This document shows, piece after piece, positions 38,409 through 51,796 of a DNA stretch of 64,000 nt. The notes below the pieces were generated by a model. That model saw nothing but the letters and a program-made list of their open reading frames with translations. It searched no databases and was not told where the DNA came from. Each line of letters starts with the position of its first letter. Within the stretch, counting starts at the first letter, position 1. The translations under genes were made by a program, and so were the position numbers. Source of the stretch: Moniliella sp. 'wahieum' (lineage: Eukaryota); contig RSEE01000004.1 of NCBI GenBank assembly GCA_003971905.1, positions 930,001 through 994,000 of the forward strand, given 5' to 3'.

Positions 38409-40155
38409 ATGCAAGGCCTCGACTACGGCGCCCCCGAGGACGCCAACACGACGCGACGCTCCCGCCTCCGCCGGTGCAGGGCTTTCCTGTCGGGACGCAA
38501 ACGCACTACTACCCCCTTCCTCCCTCCCTCCCTGCGCCTCCAGAATATGGCACGGCCGACCCTGCGGATGCGCTGGTAGATGCCGACCAGCTGACCCCTG
38601 ATCCTGATGGTACGTGTCGTGCTTGCTTTTCCTTTGCCCCTTGTCCCCTTGTACACTGACGCTCATTCGCGCTTTGCTCGTTGTGCCTGCCTGCCTGCTG
38701 GGCCTGCAGATCTGACCCCCATCCCGGACCAGCCGGACGTGTCGGTGGCGCGGTCGGTGGGGCTGGACCATATCCGGCTGAATGTGCTGCACATTTTCGG
38801 AGCACCGGTTACGCAGCTGTCCACCTCGCGCGTGTTTGCCTGGTTGGTCGAGTGGGGCGCCGCGCCGCTGGCCATGGAGTGGGTCAACGATTTTAGTTGC
38901 AACATTGTGTTTCACGATGTGCCCGCCGCGCTGCGCGGCCTGCGCCGGCTCATGCTCCCGGCCAAGCAGGAAGACTGGGACCGTGCGCGGCCGAAGTACA
39001 GCGCGCGCAAGAAGATGCGTTTACCTTTGGCCAGGGCGGCGGCGACGGCGAGGCGGAAAGCAAGCTGGTGGTCTCGGACGATCCGGTATCGGGCGTGCCG
39101 TTGCCCCAGTTGGACGAGATGGAGGCCTTGTTGGCCTTGACCCGGGCTGGGCCGCCACAAGAGCCAGAGACGGAGCAGGGAGCGGAACAAGCGCACCAGT
39201 TTCATGCGTTGGCGTCTCGCTGCTCACCTCGCGCAAGTTGCGTCCGGTGCCATTGAAGGTGTACACGCCCGCCGAACGAGAAGCCGGGCGGGATATGCTC
39301 CATGAGCGTCTCGAAGCCGAGCGGGCCCAAGCCGCGCCGCCGACGAACGACACTGTGATGGACGAGAACGAAGACGATGTACGGCGGATGGAAGAGAACG
39401 CACGCACCCGCCGACGAATCCCAGTCTGATAAAAAGACCGAGCCCGAACCCAACCCCCCCGCCAGCTCCGTTGTGCCGCCCCGGCCAACCGCGCGAGCAA
39501 CGTCCAAATCGGGTGGATCGTAACGCGATGCTGCAACTGACCTCGTCGCTCTATCGCGCTTTGCTGTGGCCGAGTTGGACCAGAAGCGGCGCGGCGCTCG
39601 CGACCAGTCCGACTGGTACCGTCTGCACGGCGTCGATGCCGGGCGGGACGTGGTGCCGCTGCTGAACATTGGCGCGGTGGGCACCAAGGCGGAGGTAGAA
39701 GCACGAGAACTGTTGGAGCTGCCCGAGCTGGAACGGAGGATGCGCACGAGGCCGAGCCAGGCGCGAGAGCGCTCCCTGTCTCCTGGGAGAGGGGAGGAAG
39801 TGCTTGCGTCCGCTGGCTCGGACGCTGCCGACGGCGGCATCCACATTCGTGGGCGGGGGACAGTGCGTGCGCCCGAGGAGCCGCGCCGGCACGGCCGCGG
39901 CCGCGGCCGCCGAGGTGCCGACCCGACGAGGTGGGCCTGCTCGAGTCGGATAAGATCGAATTGTCGCAGGCCGCGCCGGCATCCAAGCCGACGGCGCCGA
40001 GTGCCGCCCCGCACCAGGCGCTGCAGGACCGGTTGCAAAAGGGCGGGCTGGGGGCGCGTCTGGGTGGGCCTAGTCTGATGGAGCGCTTGGGTGCCGAGCC
40101 GGTGCCGGCGTCCAGCTCCAACTCGGGTGGGTCGAGGCGGCGCGGGCGGTGGTAA
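38409..40155 (+). CDS. Nuclear cap-binding protein subunit 3-like (DUF2414)
   Basis: IRLNVLHIFGAPVTQLSTSRVFAWL..PLAMEWVNDFSCNIVF, and LDQKRRGARDQSDWYRLHG, matching the NCBP3 RRM-like motifs. Confidence 0.7.
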
Positions 40156-40564
40156 GGCGGTGTGTTGGTGTTCGTTCTGCAAAAAAACTGTAATGTCTCC
40201 CTATTGGATTCCTGCCTCCCTCTCTATACATCACTTCTGAATCTGCTAGCCACGTAACACGGGTCAACGAGACAAACAAGCTGTAATTGTCCTCTTGCAC
40301 GCAGGGAACGAGGGGCGGGTGGTTAGAACAAGCCTGGCAAAGTGCAAAAACAAGCGATACTGTAGAGGAACGGGGGATATGTTCCTGCCGCGCCCCTTTG
40401 CAGCACGTCATGCCCAACACACCGAACCCCGTAGGATGAGGATCAGGACCTCAGGACGACCCCGGCTCAGCAAAAACGGAGTGCGGGGAGGCGAGGCACC
40501 AGGGTGCGACATGTGAGAAGGAGACATGAGATGGGCAAGGCGTATCAAGGCACCCCTCCCCTCC

Positions 40565-41860
40565 TTACGCCCTTTTGCGTTGGTAGCTGTCCTCCTTCAT
40601 CGGCTGGTGGCCACATGCGACAGCCAAAGCCGAGTACTCGGCATCGTCGGCCTGGTGGGTAAAGAAGGTGAGTTGGTGCGGAGGCTTGGTCCCGTCAAGC
40701 TCAGCCTTGCGGCGCGCGTTGTTCCGTCTCGATTCGCATCTTGTCGCGGTTCGCCACGTCAAACTGGCCGGCCCGAATGCCATCGGCTGTCACCTTCCAC
40801 AGACGGCGCGACTCAAACTCGCCCTGCTCCTCCAGTGGCTTGACACGGCAATGGATCCGGGGCGTGTCGGCGTCCCAGAACAGCTCATTCGTCTTGCCAC
40901 TGGGGCTGGCACCCACATAGTGCATCAACCCAGTCCAGTCTCCCTGGACAGTGTAGAGCGCCTTGGCCTTGTCCTTCAAGCTCGACACGGTCGCCTTGAG
41001 CTGGTGCGACTTGCCGCTAAAGTAGCCCTTGCCACTAAAGTCGAGCGTGGCGAGGTAGCCCGACGTGCTGGCGATGCTCGTCTTGCCGTACAGTTCTACG
41101 TAGGGTGCACACTTCCACAGGCCTTCGATCCCGAGCTGGGGGAGCGTAATCAGATACGTCTCCTCCGGCTGCCCCTCGGCCTGCGGCTGGACGCGCAGCA
41201 AGGAATGGCCAATTTGGTTGACAGTGATGGTGCCCTTAGAGAAGGTGGTCTTCTGGCCATTGTGACCCTCAATGCTGACGCCCGCAGTGGGGTTGGTCAG
41301 GTGGTAGGCGGTGATGGGGGGTGGTGGGATACTGTGAATGGACAAGGTAAGTGACTGAGGGAAGCGGAGGTTGGGGGGGGGGATGGGTACATGCCTTGTT
41401 CCGACACCAGCAGAGTCTCGCCCTTGCCTTGGGCATCCTCACTGTCCACTTTCCCTCGAACAGTTCACCCAGGACAGGGTTCAAAGGTTTCTTCTCGGTG
41501 CCTTGCTCGGTGTTGCGGGCCGTGTAGCTGCCGCGAAGGGTCGAGACGTAGAAGCGAAGAACAGCGAGCATGCGCTCCACTGGATCCGCGGGCTCGCTGA
41601 TGACGGCCATGGCGGAAGGATGTTCGCCCCAGCTGCGGAGAGAAGAGTCAGCTGGGCAGGACGGAAGAGGGGAGGCAAGGGCGAGGTAGGAAAGACGCAC
41701 TAGGCAGAGAATTCAATGAGGGATGTGGGCGAGAGGATGAAGGAGGGAGCAGTGAGGGCAGACAGGTCGCCGGAGAAGGATGCGAGGGACTTGATGAACT
41801 GGCCCCACGTCTGTTGCTGGCCCGCAGGCAGCTCGGAGGGGCGGAGGCGGTGGCAGACAT
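40565..41860 (-). CDS. KES1: Oxysterol-binding protein, Kes1/Osh4-type
   Basis: WGQFIKSLASFSGDLSALTAPSFILSPTSLIEFSA, EKKPLNPVLGELF, EQVSHHPPITAY (across a GC-AG intron), YLITLP, PYVELYG, DFSGKGYFSGK, ESRRLW, KMRIETEQR. Confidence 0.93.
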
Positions 41861-42502
41861 GGCGGGGGTGGGATGCCGGGGGAGGCGGTGGTGTGGTGGT
41901 GGTGGTGGTAGTGGGGTGGGAGGCGACCAAGCGCAGGCAGACGCCAAGACACGGCCAGAAGAACCACAGCTCTCCCTGCGACAGGCGCGGGCTGGAGCTG
42001 GCTGGGGCTGGCACCGCACCGCAGGCAGCCTGCCGCATGCAGGCTGCATGCTGCACCGCCCTTGCATCGTACCCACAGCCGGCCGCTCCACACTCGCGCC
42101 CCGCCGCGCCTCGGCGGCGTGCCCTGCGTGGCCTGACGTCACATCCGCCTCCGCCCCGCACCACGCCTCTGTGGACGGCGCCAGGTCACGTGTGCCCGCA
42201 CAGGCCAGGCGCCGCGCGCACGCCGTGCTAGGGTTCGCCCATGCGCCCATTGGGCCCCCGCCTGGGCAGGCACGCAGGCGGTGCGCTGGCCAGCCCCCAG
42301 CTAGCTAGGCGCTAGTCACTTGTCCCTGCTGACGCGCTCACGCACGGACGGCCAACCGCACCATCCTCCGCCAGCACTCCTCGAGCCATTTGGCCTCCTT
42401 CCCCACTGCACAGCTAGCTCTCCACGGGCTACTACTCGACACCATCTACCAATACCAATATCCTCATTGTCCTTTCCTTCCCCCGCGCCTCAGTACCCTA
42501 CC

Positions 42503-43289
42503 TCAGTACCCTACCTCCACCGCCTTGTTTTTCCACGCGCCCGTGTCCTTCGGCCCGCCCAGCAGCTCTTGGAACATGAACAGACCCACGTCGGCGCGGC
42601 GGATCGTGTAGGCGCGGTCAGTGTCTCCTCGGCGCGGTACGTGCCCTTTGCCGGGCCGTCCATGAAGAGCGCAGGCTGGATCAGCGTGTAGGTCAGCCCC
42701 GACGCTTTGATCGCATCTTGCATCCGCGTCTTGTCTGCAAACGGCACTGGCAGCATCCACGCATAGATCGGGCGCAGCAAGTACGGTACCCGTGCCCACG
42801 CTTCGTTGTCCATCCCGGCCGCGGTGATGGCTACCACATAGGGTTTCTGTCCGGCGGCCTGCACGGCCTGCAGCACATTCTTCGTCGCCTTCTCGCATAG
42901 ATGGGGGTCGGCCAAGGTAGGATGGGCCCAGGGCCGGCGGGTGTTGAAGATGGGTTTGGAACCAAGCGTGATGACCAAGGTGGTGAGGCGGCCGCGTTGC
43001 ACAGCCACGTCCACCGCCTTGCGTAGACTCGTTTCATCCTCCCGTCCGGCACGAACCACATTCAGGCGTCCGTCGGGACTGGCCAAGTGGCCTCGTCCCC
43101 GGCCACGTGCTAAGTGCCCCCCGCGACGGTTGAGTTGCGCTGGCCCAAGGCCTCGACAAAGGCGGTGGGGTTGCGAGCCACGACAGTTAGGGTCGGAGCG
43201 GGGGGCGGAGCGGCGAGCATGTTGACCAGCGCCTCGAACCCACATCCATTGGTCGCACCGAGGAGAAGCACGTTGTGGACGTCGGTCAT
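42503..43289 (-). CDS. NAD(P)-binding atypical SDR, BLVRB/flavin reductase-like
   Basis: VLLLGATNGCG, LTVVARNP, AITAAG, FADKTRMQDAIKASGLTYTLIQPALFMDG, YTIRRADVGLFM..WKNKAV. Confidence 0.8.
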
Positions 43290-44226
43290 GGCGAACACAA
43301 AAGCAGTTGACTGTGGGGGAGGCAAGAGACGTAAGAGCGAGAGGGAGAAGTGGTTTAATATACGACCGCCGTGCCACACACATGACAGGCGAACACACGC
43401 ATCTCCGTCGGCTATGCACGAGGATACCTCCGGCAATAATATGGGCGGCAACTGGCAACAGCCACATAGATTGTCGGATTTGGAACGCCCAGCGCGCCCG
43501 GGCGCATCCACAGCATCCAAATATCCATCCCTTGACCAGCGTGTATACGCCCATCTTGAGCGCTTGAGCGCTATTGCTGCGAGGCGCTGCGCGGCGTCAC
43601 GCGTCACTACTGCGACCGCCGGTCGTACCCCATCAATCCACTCTGGTATCTGCGAGAGAGGTTGGTATTCAAAATTGGATGCCCCGGAGGGCCTTTGGGC
43701 GCATAACAAGGTCTCATAGATATAGGTTGCCTGAAGCCGGCCTGGAGCTTGAAGCTCTTACATACTGCCAACGCGCCCAGCCTGGGCTGGCTGTGGCCCT
43801 GAAAAATGATACGCTGTATGTTTGGTTCCTCCAGCAGCTAGGCCTCAGGGACCCGGTTCGGAGGGAGGAATGCTAAAGCGTGATGTGGTGAGCAGAGGCC
43901 AAAGAGCTCCGTAATTAGGCATTAGTACTTAACTAATACCCGGCTGGCGACGGCTGTGACATATGACGCGGGGCGCAGGACGACGCTGATACACACCCTT
44001 GCACGCATTCTCCTCGGCCATCAACGTGGCTTGCCCAAACCACTCTCCCATGGACGGGGCTGCTCACCTTGTCCGCAGTCTCGCAGCAGCTGCGACAAGG
44101 AAGTGTCCCCCGTGGCTGGTGCTTTTCAAGGTGGCGATTGGCGCTTGTGGCAGCATGGCCACCAAGTTGATGCCGGTTAGGGTGCCCTCCAACCCCTGAT
44201 GTCACCCTTCCCTGTACAGTCAGCTA

Positions 44227-44321
44227 GCTTCAATGGGTTAGTGGTATACTACATCGTTGCCAGACTGGCCTTGTGCCTGTGAGACGTCGATGTGACAGGG
44301 GTTCGATTCCCCTTTGAAGCA
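44227..44321 (+). tRNA. tRNA-Gly(GCC) with 24-nt intron (44263-44286)
   Basis: Acceptor stem GCTTCAA/TTGAAGC plus discriminator A; D region GGTTAGTGGTATACT; anticodon stem CATCG/CGATG with loop TT-GCC-A[intron]T; T arm AGGGG-TTCGATT-CCCCT; Pol III terminator TTTTT at 44324-44328. Confidence 0.93.
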
Positions 44322-44579
44322 TCTTTTTGGCTGCCGCCTGGAAGGGAAGGCCTTGGGTGCATCCATTTTTGCCTGTGCTGGTAGGATAGTCTGCACCTTA
44401 ACCTACGACGACAGACGAGCCCCAGGGGATCCCCAGGGCGCCTCTCCACGTTCCACGCACGTTGGTTCCTCACTCCTACGTCCTGCATACACCGTAGATC
44501 TTGCTGTGCGCAACGAGATGCAACGCCAATCCTTACTTGCCCCCGTCTACCCGATCCAGCCACCCAAGCCACGGGCCCA

Positions 44580-46511
44580 TCAACTGTACCCATACGATTC
44601 GTACTTGTCCGATCGCCATCCTGGCATGGGAGGCGCCGCGCCGGCCGTGCCGGAGGCCCCACTGGAGCTGGGGGGGTAAGTGTAGTATCCAGGCTGGGAG
44701 AGGGGGTAGGTGGGGCCCAGCACAGGGGCCGGTCCTGGGCCTGGGCCTGGGCCTGGCCCTGCCGGCCCAGCAGACGGCGGCGGGCCAGGGGCGGCCCCAA
44801 AGTGACGGACCCAGCGGGCGCCCGACCCGGGTCCGAAAAATGCGATCGTCCCGCCTGGGTCCAGGGCGCGAGGGTCGAGTAGGAAGGCCCCGGGTCGGGC
44901 GGGAAGGTGGATGGCATGGCGGGCGGCGAGGAGAGGAGGGTGCGGACCGGGGCCGAGCTCGAGCCCGAGGGGGGGAGCGGCGACGCACCAATTGGGCCGC
45001 GGCGTCGGCGAGCGGGACGGGGTAGCGCGCATGCGGAGGCGGGTAGTACATGTTCGCGTTCTCCGGTCCCACGCCTGGGGCAGGGGCGAGAGCTGCGGTA
45101 GGGCGCATGCCGAGGCGGGAGGCAGGTGGCTGGAGGGGGGGAGGACGCGGGTCGGAGCCCGACGCTACGACAGCCAACACGTGCGCGGGGAAGTTCTTGT
45201 CCGGCTTGGTCTTGGGCAAGCGGGTGGCTAGGTCGGCGCCGACCGACCGAACCACCTGTTCTGCCCGCTTGGTCCCCTCGTCATCCAGCACATCCTCCAC
45301 CACCGCGATCGCCGTGCCGTCGAGCAAGGATTGTTTGGCGTGCACCACATTCTCGTCTTCCTGCGCCAGCTCGGCGGCAGTCTTGAGCAAATAGCCCAGC
45401 TCGGAATCCTTTGTGCGCGAGGAAGTCACATGGGTCTTGTAGTGCTGCAGACTATTGTCCTGCCGCGAAAAGCGCAGGTTGCACCCAGGAAACGTGCAGA
45501 CGTACGGCCGCGCGCCCGTTCCCGCTACCGCCCCAAAGCAGGAAAAGAAACAGGCAAAGAAAAGAAACAGAAACAGAACAGAAGCGGTTAATTACCCCAG
45601 GCCTCAACGCATGGTAACGGGTACCATGCCAGTTCGCCCTTGCGAAAAATCAACAACCAAACGTACCTTTGTGCCGGCGACTGTGCCGAGCTGCATGGCC
45701 CGAGGTGGAGAAGGTGCTGCTGCAGATGCCGCACGGAAACCGTTTCTGGCCATCGATCATGACGGGCCTGGGCGGGTGGAAGCGCGCTGGGAGCCACCGC
45801 CTCGTTGGCGTTTGGACAGCCGTGCGTCGTCCTCCGTAGGACTCTGGCGGGGTGAGACGGCCGGTTCGGGCTTGGCTTGTACCACGCCCGGGTCTGCGGG
45901 GCCGGATGGACTGTCGGCTGAATGGGCAGGGCGGGAAGAAGGCCGTCGAGGCCCGCTTTTTTCCCCGTCCCGACGACGCTTGGCCCGGGGCTTGAGAAAG
46001 GGAGCAAGCATGAGCTCGGCGTGGGAGTTGAGCATGCCGCCCCCGGTACTGGCCGGACGGGAGAAAGAGGAGCGAGGGACCGAGGGCGGAAAGGGAGGGG
46101 GAAACGCAGTGGGGGAACCAAGGGAGGACACAGCGGGAAAGGTGCGAGAAGCTGGTGCAAAGGTAGATGGCAGAGGTTGGATATAACTGGCGGCAGGGGA
46201 TGGGGAGGCCATGCTGGAGCCTACGCCGGACGACGACCGTGGCTGGGCAGGTGCGAGCGAGTAATGTCGGCGGTGGGGAAGCTCGCTGCGGGTAGCGGAG
46301 ATGTTGTTGTTGGGGCGGGGGCGCATACTGCACTGCCGGCTGTGACTGCGGGGGGGCTGGAGCGGCGAGAAGCAGCGGGCAGAGCACGCTGGAGAGCACT
46401 TGGGCCCGTGCCGGCGGCAGCGGGGGGGAAGCAAAGGCCAGATGCTTGGGCGGCGGCGGCGGGCGGGTGGGGCGGAGTGGGGGGGGAGGGGATTGGCTCG
46501 ACGCGCGCCAT
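44580..46511 (-). CDS. NRG1: Nrg1-like C2H2 transcriptional repressor
   Basis: RFPCGICSSTFSTSGHAARHSRRH | intron ~45525-45666 | ..GARPYVCTFPGCNLRFSRQDNSLQHYKTH, close to the Nrg1/2 finger pair. Ends are approximate. Confidence 0.75.
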
Positions 46512-47797
46512 GATGGGGGGGGGACGAGGAAGAAGGAGGTGGTGGTGGAGACGCACCAGCCAGATGGAGGGCAGGTGCTGCTGAGCAGACGCGTCAGCAG
46601 CCAACGCCCAACGCCATTGGCAACGTCAACGTCAACGTCGTCCCGCCCTCCGTCCAACGCGGGTTGAGCCCGGGCAGGCCAGGGCTTGACCAGCTGCCCA
46701 GGGGCCTGCAGGGGCTTGCAGGGCTTGCAGGGTCTCTGCCGGCGCCCACACTGCCTCCCTGCCGCTTCCAGCTTCACCGGTCGCCCTCCTCGTTCCACTG
46801 GCGCTGTGCCTCTCGGGGCAGAGTGGCACCTGGCCAGTGCGCGCCCCCGGCTGGGCGTGCAGCCAACTAGTCACAAATCACGCGTCATGCGTCACAGACT
46901 GGTCACGGACACCCGTCTGGTGCTGTCGGGGCGGGGGGCAGGGCCAGTGACTTGGTCGCGAGTGCGGTGGTGCATGGTCAGGGACCCACCCGCACTGCGC
47001 CAGCCTCCCGCCGCCGCCGCCGCCTCAGCGTGGCTATCGGCTATCGCGCCTGGCGCCTATCTGTCCATCTCCCTCGCGCTTGGTCCTGGCCGCCAGCTCA
47101 CGCGCCCCAGCTTCAAGCTTCAAGGTCAAGCTTCCAGCGACGGTGGCACGTGCAACTGCGCTCTGATGGTCACCGTGACATGCCACTCTCTTCCCTGCCC
47201 CTCCGACCCCAACACAGCAGCACATACGACGGATGCACCTCATTGGCCCTCGCCGCTGCAGACGGTCGAATGCAGTTTGTGGACGGAGTAGATGGAGGCA
47301 CAGATGCATGATAGTAAAGACAGGGTGGTGCGGAGGAGAGAAAAGCAGGAGTGTGTGTGAAAAAGGGAGAAACTCAACAGCTAGTAAAACACAGCGCCCA
47401 CGCCTGGCTTGCCATACCATTGTTGCGAGAGGGGGGCGAGGCAGGCAGGAAAGTGTCCAGTGAAAACGACCACAGTGGGCGGGGGAAAAGATGGAAGAAC
47501 TAACAGTGTCCAAGTAACTGGGGAGAAAGTGTGCATCGCCCTTGCAGCCACTGGCGGAGAGGCGACGGGCAGGGAAGAGACATAGGAAAGAAGTGTCCAG
47601 GGAAGAGACGGAAAAGGGTCAAGGAACAGTGTCCAGAGGTAAGATCCTCCCCTCTTTATACCTCGAACGAATCCGTGAGGATGGCAGACCGGCGGCGAGC
47701 CCTTCGTCGACGCAAAGAAATGGCCGAGAAACCAAGAGATGAAAACGATGCGGGAGTGGCCAAGCCAAGGACCGCAGCCAGTAGCCAGTCCAGAGCA

Positions 47798-50414
47798 TCA
47801 AGCAAACACCCACCGCTGTGGGCCCAAGGTGACCAACCGAGTAAACAGCGCCTCGCGCGCCCTCACATCAATCCGAAACCGAACAACCTTTTCAGCCGTC
47901 GTAATCTCCAACACCTCCACCGCCTCAATGTCCAGCATCCACTGCAGCATCACGCGCGAACTGAAGCCCATACCCCCGCTTGCGCACGCCCACCACCGAC
48001 GACAGCGACACGTCCACCTCGACCAAGTGCAACTTGCCCTCTGCATCTGTCGCATACACTTCCCCCGCGCCGGTGGTGGACTGTGCCTCGGCCTGCTCGC
48101 TGGGGGCCGGGGCGCGAGGGCCAGTGGCAGAGCGCGCACTGGGCCGCGAAGCAGCCAAACTACTTTGCCCATCGGCCCAGCTCCAGTCCAAGCCGGTAAA
48201 CGTAGCGACCGAACTCATCGCACCGGCCATGCGACCTTCGGGCACCCAGCGCAAATGGGCATCCCGCACGCCCTCCCCTTCCCGCACCGGCAGCACGTAC
48301 AACGTCCCGCCCGCGTACCGTACCGTCGCGGAACATCACGGGGCCCCCAGTCGCTTGCTGGCTTCGTGCGCGGACGACGGAGGCGCGCCAAGCCGTACTT
48401 GTTCTGCGCTGTTGAACCAGGACGATTTGACTTTGCCTGCGCCGAGGAACGTCTCGGTGCCCAGCTGGGCACTCGTCTTGAGGAAGGACTGAACAGCGCG
48501 CGTTTGGACCCGGCCGGTTTGGCTTGCGAGGGCGCGGCCGAGCGCGCGGCAGGGGACGAGGTCGGTGCGCCGGAAGTGGGGGGCCGGGAGGCCGAAGCGG
48601 CCGGCTGCGACGGAGGCGGCGGCGGGATAGGACAACGGCCGTGCTCAGCGGATCGGCTGGCGGGGGCGGGACGGGACGGCCGGCCTGCTCGGCGATTCGG
48701 AGCAACGTCGCGGCCAATTGCGCGTTGGTAGGGACCCCCTTCAACAGGCTGTGCCGCAGTTGCACGTCGTACCGCCACCCGGGCGGGGGGTCCACCACCT
48801 CCTCCACCACCTCCGTCACCACCTCCGTGGTGGTGGGGAACAAAATCTGAAGCACAGGGGAGCCGAACATGGCGCCGCCCAGGAGGAAGGTGGTGCTGTG
48901 GTAGATCAACGAAGGGCTCACTACCCCCCCTCCAGCCGCAGCCAAAGGCAGCAACGATCCCGCCTAGTTTGACGCGTGGTTCCCACTGTGGGAACGGAGG
49001 CGTGGGGGACAAGGCACTGCGAGCAGAGAGGTAAAGGCAGGGTCAGAGGGAAAGGGAAAAAAATAGTACCCAACACAACGTCCGCGGGAAGAACGTACTT
49101 TCCAAACCGCTCCACCGTATCGACAAAGGTGGTCAGTATGTGGAGGTACGGGGCGGCGGCCTTCCAAAGTGTTTTGTGGAAGTTGCTATTGGGATCAATC
49201 GCGGCGGTGGTGAGGTCAGTGTCTTGCCGCTCGATCGACGAGAGAGGGGGAGACGGAGAATGGCTTGGGGCAACCCCTTGTCCGTCCACCTCTTCACTCG
49301 CCAACTCTTCCACCGGTACTTTGTCCAGGTCGAGCTCCTCATTTTCCGGCTCGTCGGTGCGGGGGAAGAGGAGGTCCTCTGTGCTGGCCGAGTTGGACGT
49401 CGGATCCATGGCGGTAGGGGTGATGGCAGGATCGGGCGTGGACCAGGGTTGGGCCCCCGAGCCAGCAGCGTCCTTGGGACCCAGGCCGATCATGGTAGCT
49501 GCCATGGTACCGATCGCATCCACAAACCGAGCTGCATCCCCCTCGATTGGCAGACCCATCAAGAAGGCGTTGGCGCGAGCCTTGGACGTTGGTGCTGTCT
49601 CCCCGCCCGGCAAGGGAGGGAACAAAGCCAAGCGTGCCGGTTGAGAGAGATGAGGACAAGAATGAGAAGCAAAAAGGTAGTCTCCAACCGGCCGGCGGCC
49701 CATGCTGTAAAGTACAAGAGACAAAATCCCGCACTGCGTCCGCGGTCGGCCCAGGTAAAAATCCGACCCAGGTGGTGCAACATGTGAACGAGCGGGATGC
49801 CGACTTGGATGTACGTGCGTTCGAGCAGCGCACGAAACTTGTCGGGGTTAAACACCATGTCCGATGCCGAGTCAAAGTCCAGCTGGCCCTGCGGGGCAGC
49901 ACCGTCAACCGGGTGCGCATCCCGGTCCGATTCGCCCGGGGGCGAGGGGACGCGACGGACGCGGAACGATTGTCGGTTGAACCTGCGAAGCAGCATCCAC
50001 ATCAATTCGTTCGACACGTCGGGAAGCGCATCGTTGGGCTCCTTGGCCACGAGCGAAGGCCACACATTGCTGGCCACCTTGGGCTTGGGCGGCACACTGG
50101 AGACGGTGCACATGCCAGGACGGGCGCGGAGTCCTTCACTGCTACTGCTAGCGACGGGCTGGACGGAGGTAGATGAGGCGGGCTAGGGACGGGGAGGGAA
50201 GGCGTGCTGGGAGGTTGGGCCGCAGCGGGCGCAGCGGGCGGTTCGCAGGGCACGGAAACAGAGGAGATGCTTGCTGATTCGGATGGAGGGGCGAGGGAAG
50301 AGGACGAGGGGCGGGCGGGCACAGGACGCGGAGGGACCTTGGGAGGGCGGGCGGGGAGCGGCGGCGCGGGGCGGGGCCCGGGTCAAAGGGCGATGTGGAG
50401 GGTGGGGCTGCCAT
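47798..50414 (-). CDS. DUF3292-family fungal membrane-associated protein
   Basis: WMLLRRFNRQ, FNPDKFRALLERTY, DTVERFG|NALSPTPPFP, LRHSLLKGVPTNAQLAATLLRIAE..PVPPPP, and the C-terminal REALFTRLVTLGPQRW. Confidence 0.75.
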
Positions 50415-51796
50415 GGCGGGGGGCGCTGGTGGTGGGGTTGGGGGCGAGGAGATGCTCGCACAGGCGGCTGCGCCATTCTCTTCTCTGCTCTGCCTGCTGA
50501 CACGATGTATGACATGCTGATGTGACCAGCGGGTGGGACGCAGGTGTCGATCCATTGATAATCGACCCCATCCATCGACAGGCGGCTCGACCATCTCGCT
50601 CCATCCGTGGCATCGGTGCAATCGGGCACGCTGCGAGCGCTGGGGGATGCGAAGGTTATGTCAGGCTGGCATGTGGCACACGCCCCCGGCTGAAAGTTGC
50701 AATCCCTCAGCCCACCGCGCGTGGGGCGTGGGCAGGCAGGGACCGCATGCAGCATGCTGCTGGGCCATGCTGTAGCACTGCTCGCACCCATCGAGTGTGC
50801 GTCTCCGATGCCCCATGCACACGTTTGTGTCACAGGCAGACACCCCCCGCCCTCCCTGCCGGCCGGCTGTGGGTGCTGGGAAAAGCTGGTGAAGGAAGGG
50901 TGGGCACTGGGTGGACCCTTGTGGGCGATGCGAGTGCCATGTGGCCATGGAGACTAGGAGGAACGCGAGGACCGGTGACCGGTGATCGTCGTGTGTAGGC
51001 GCAGGATCGCCCAGGTGCGAATGGATGGGAGCGGCAGGGGCGGCACAGACCCAGCAGCAGTTCGTTCCTGGCAGGCACAGCGGCCCAGTCCGCGCGGGTC
51101 TGAGTCACTGCTCACCCAGTGCCCCGGCACTGCATGGTTCATGCGCTCTGAACGTGTGATTATCGAGTTATCCATTATCATACTGAGTACGTTGAGTATG
51201 AGTACAGTACGAGGAGCGAGGCCGGGTATCTGTGTACTCACCTGAACAGCACCGGGTTTACGCCAACAACCATGCTGCCGTGGGACATGCCTGCTGTGGC
51301 CCCGTGGTTGCCCTGGGTGCGCTGGCTGCCCCCCGTTGCTTGCGGTTGCTCCCCGCCGTCGGCCGAGACGCACACGCGCCGTGTACTGGCGCTGCCCGCA
51401 CCGCGCTGTCCAGCCCAACGCTCCCCGCCCGGCGGACCAGCAGCCAGAAGCCAGGGCGGGAAAACGGGCAGGGCGGGTGCACGTGCACCGTGCGCCCCCG
51501 TGCGCCCCGGCAGGCCAGCAGGCGGCGGCAGGCAGCGGCAGCACATGTCACATGGTTGCCTCTTAGATCTGAGATCTGAGCGATCTTAGCCGTGTCTGCC
51601 GCAAATCATTAAGCCCAATCACCCACGCCAAGCCAGCACATGCAATTTGCATCACTCAGTGCTCATCACGCGGCGCTGCCTTGCCCAGCCCATCCCAGCC
51701 CATCCCTCCGCCCTCGAACCAGCCATTTCATCAAAAGCCGTTCGCCGTCTGTCAGCCGATCCGCTCTCCCGCCCACCACTTCCCCCCCTGCTGGCC

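Noticed and set aside
42440..42520. Cryptic peroxisomal PTS1 by stop readthrough (checked here and at ACL1, ARF6 and NR stops)
   Set aside because: No TGA-CTA context and no SKL-like extension was seen.
44175..44183. ACCCTAACC (minus strand) as a telomerase RNA template
   Set aside because: A 9-nt match to some permutation of the telomere repeat is expected by chance in 64 kb, and there is no supporting structure.
44678..44689. AAGTGTAGTATC resembling the U2 snRNA branch-pairing region
   Set aside because: It is antisense to the GYYTY codons of the Nrg1-like gene, and the flanking U2 sequence is absent.
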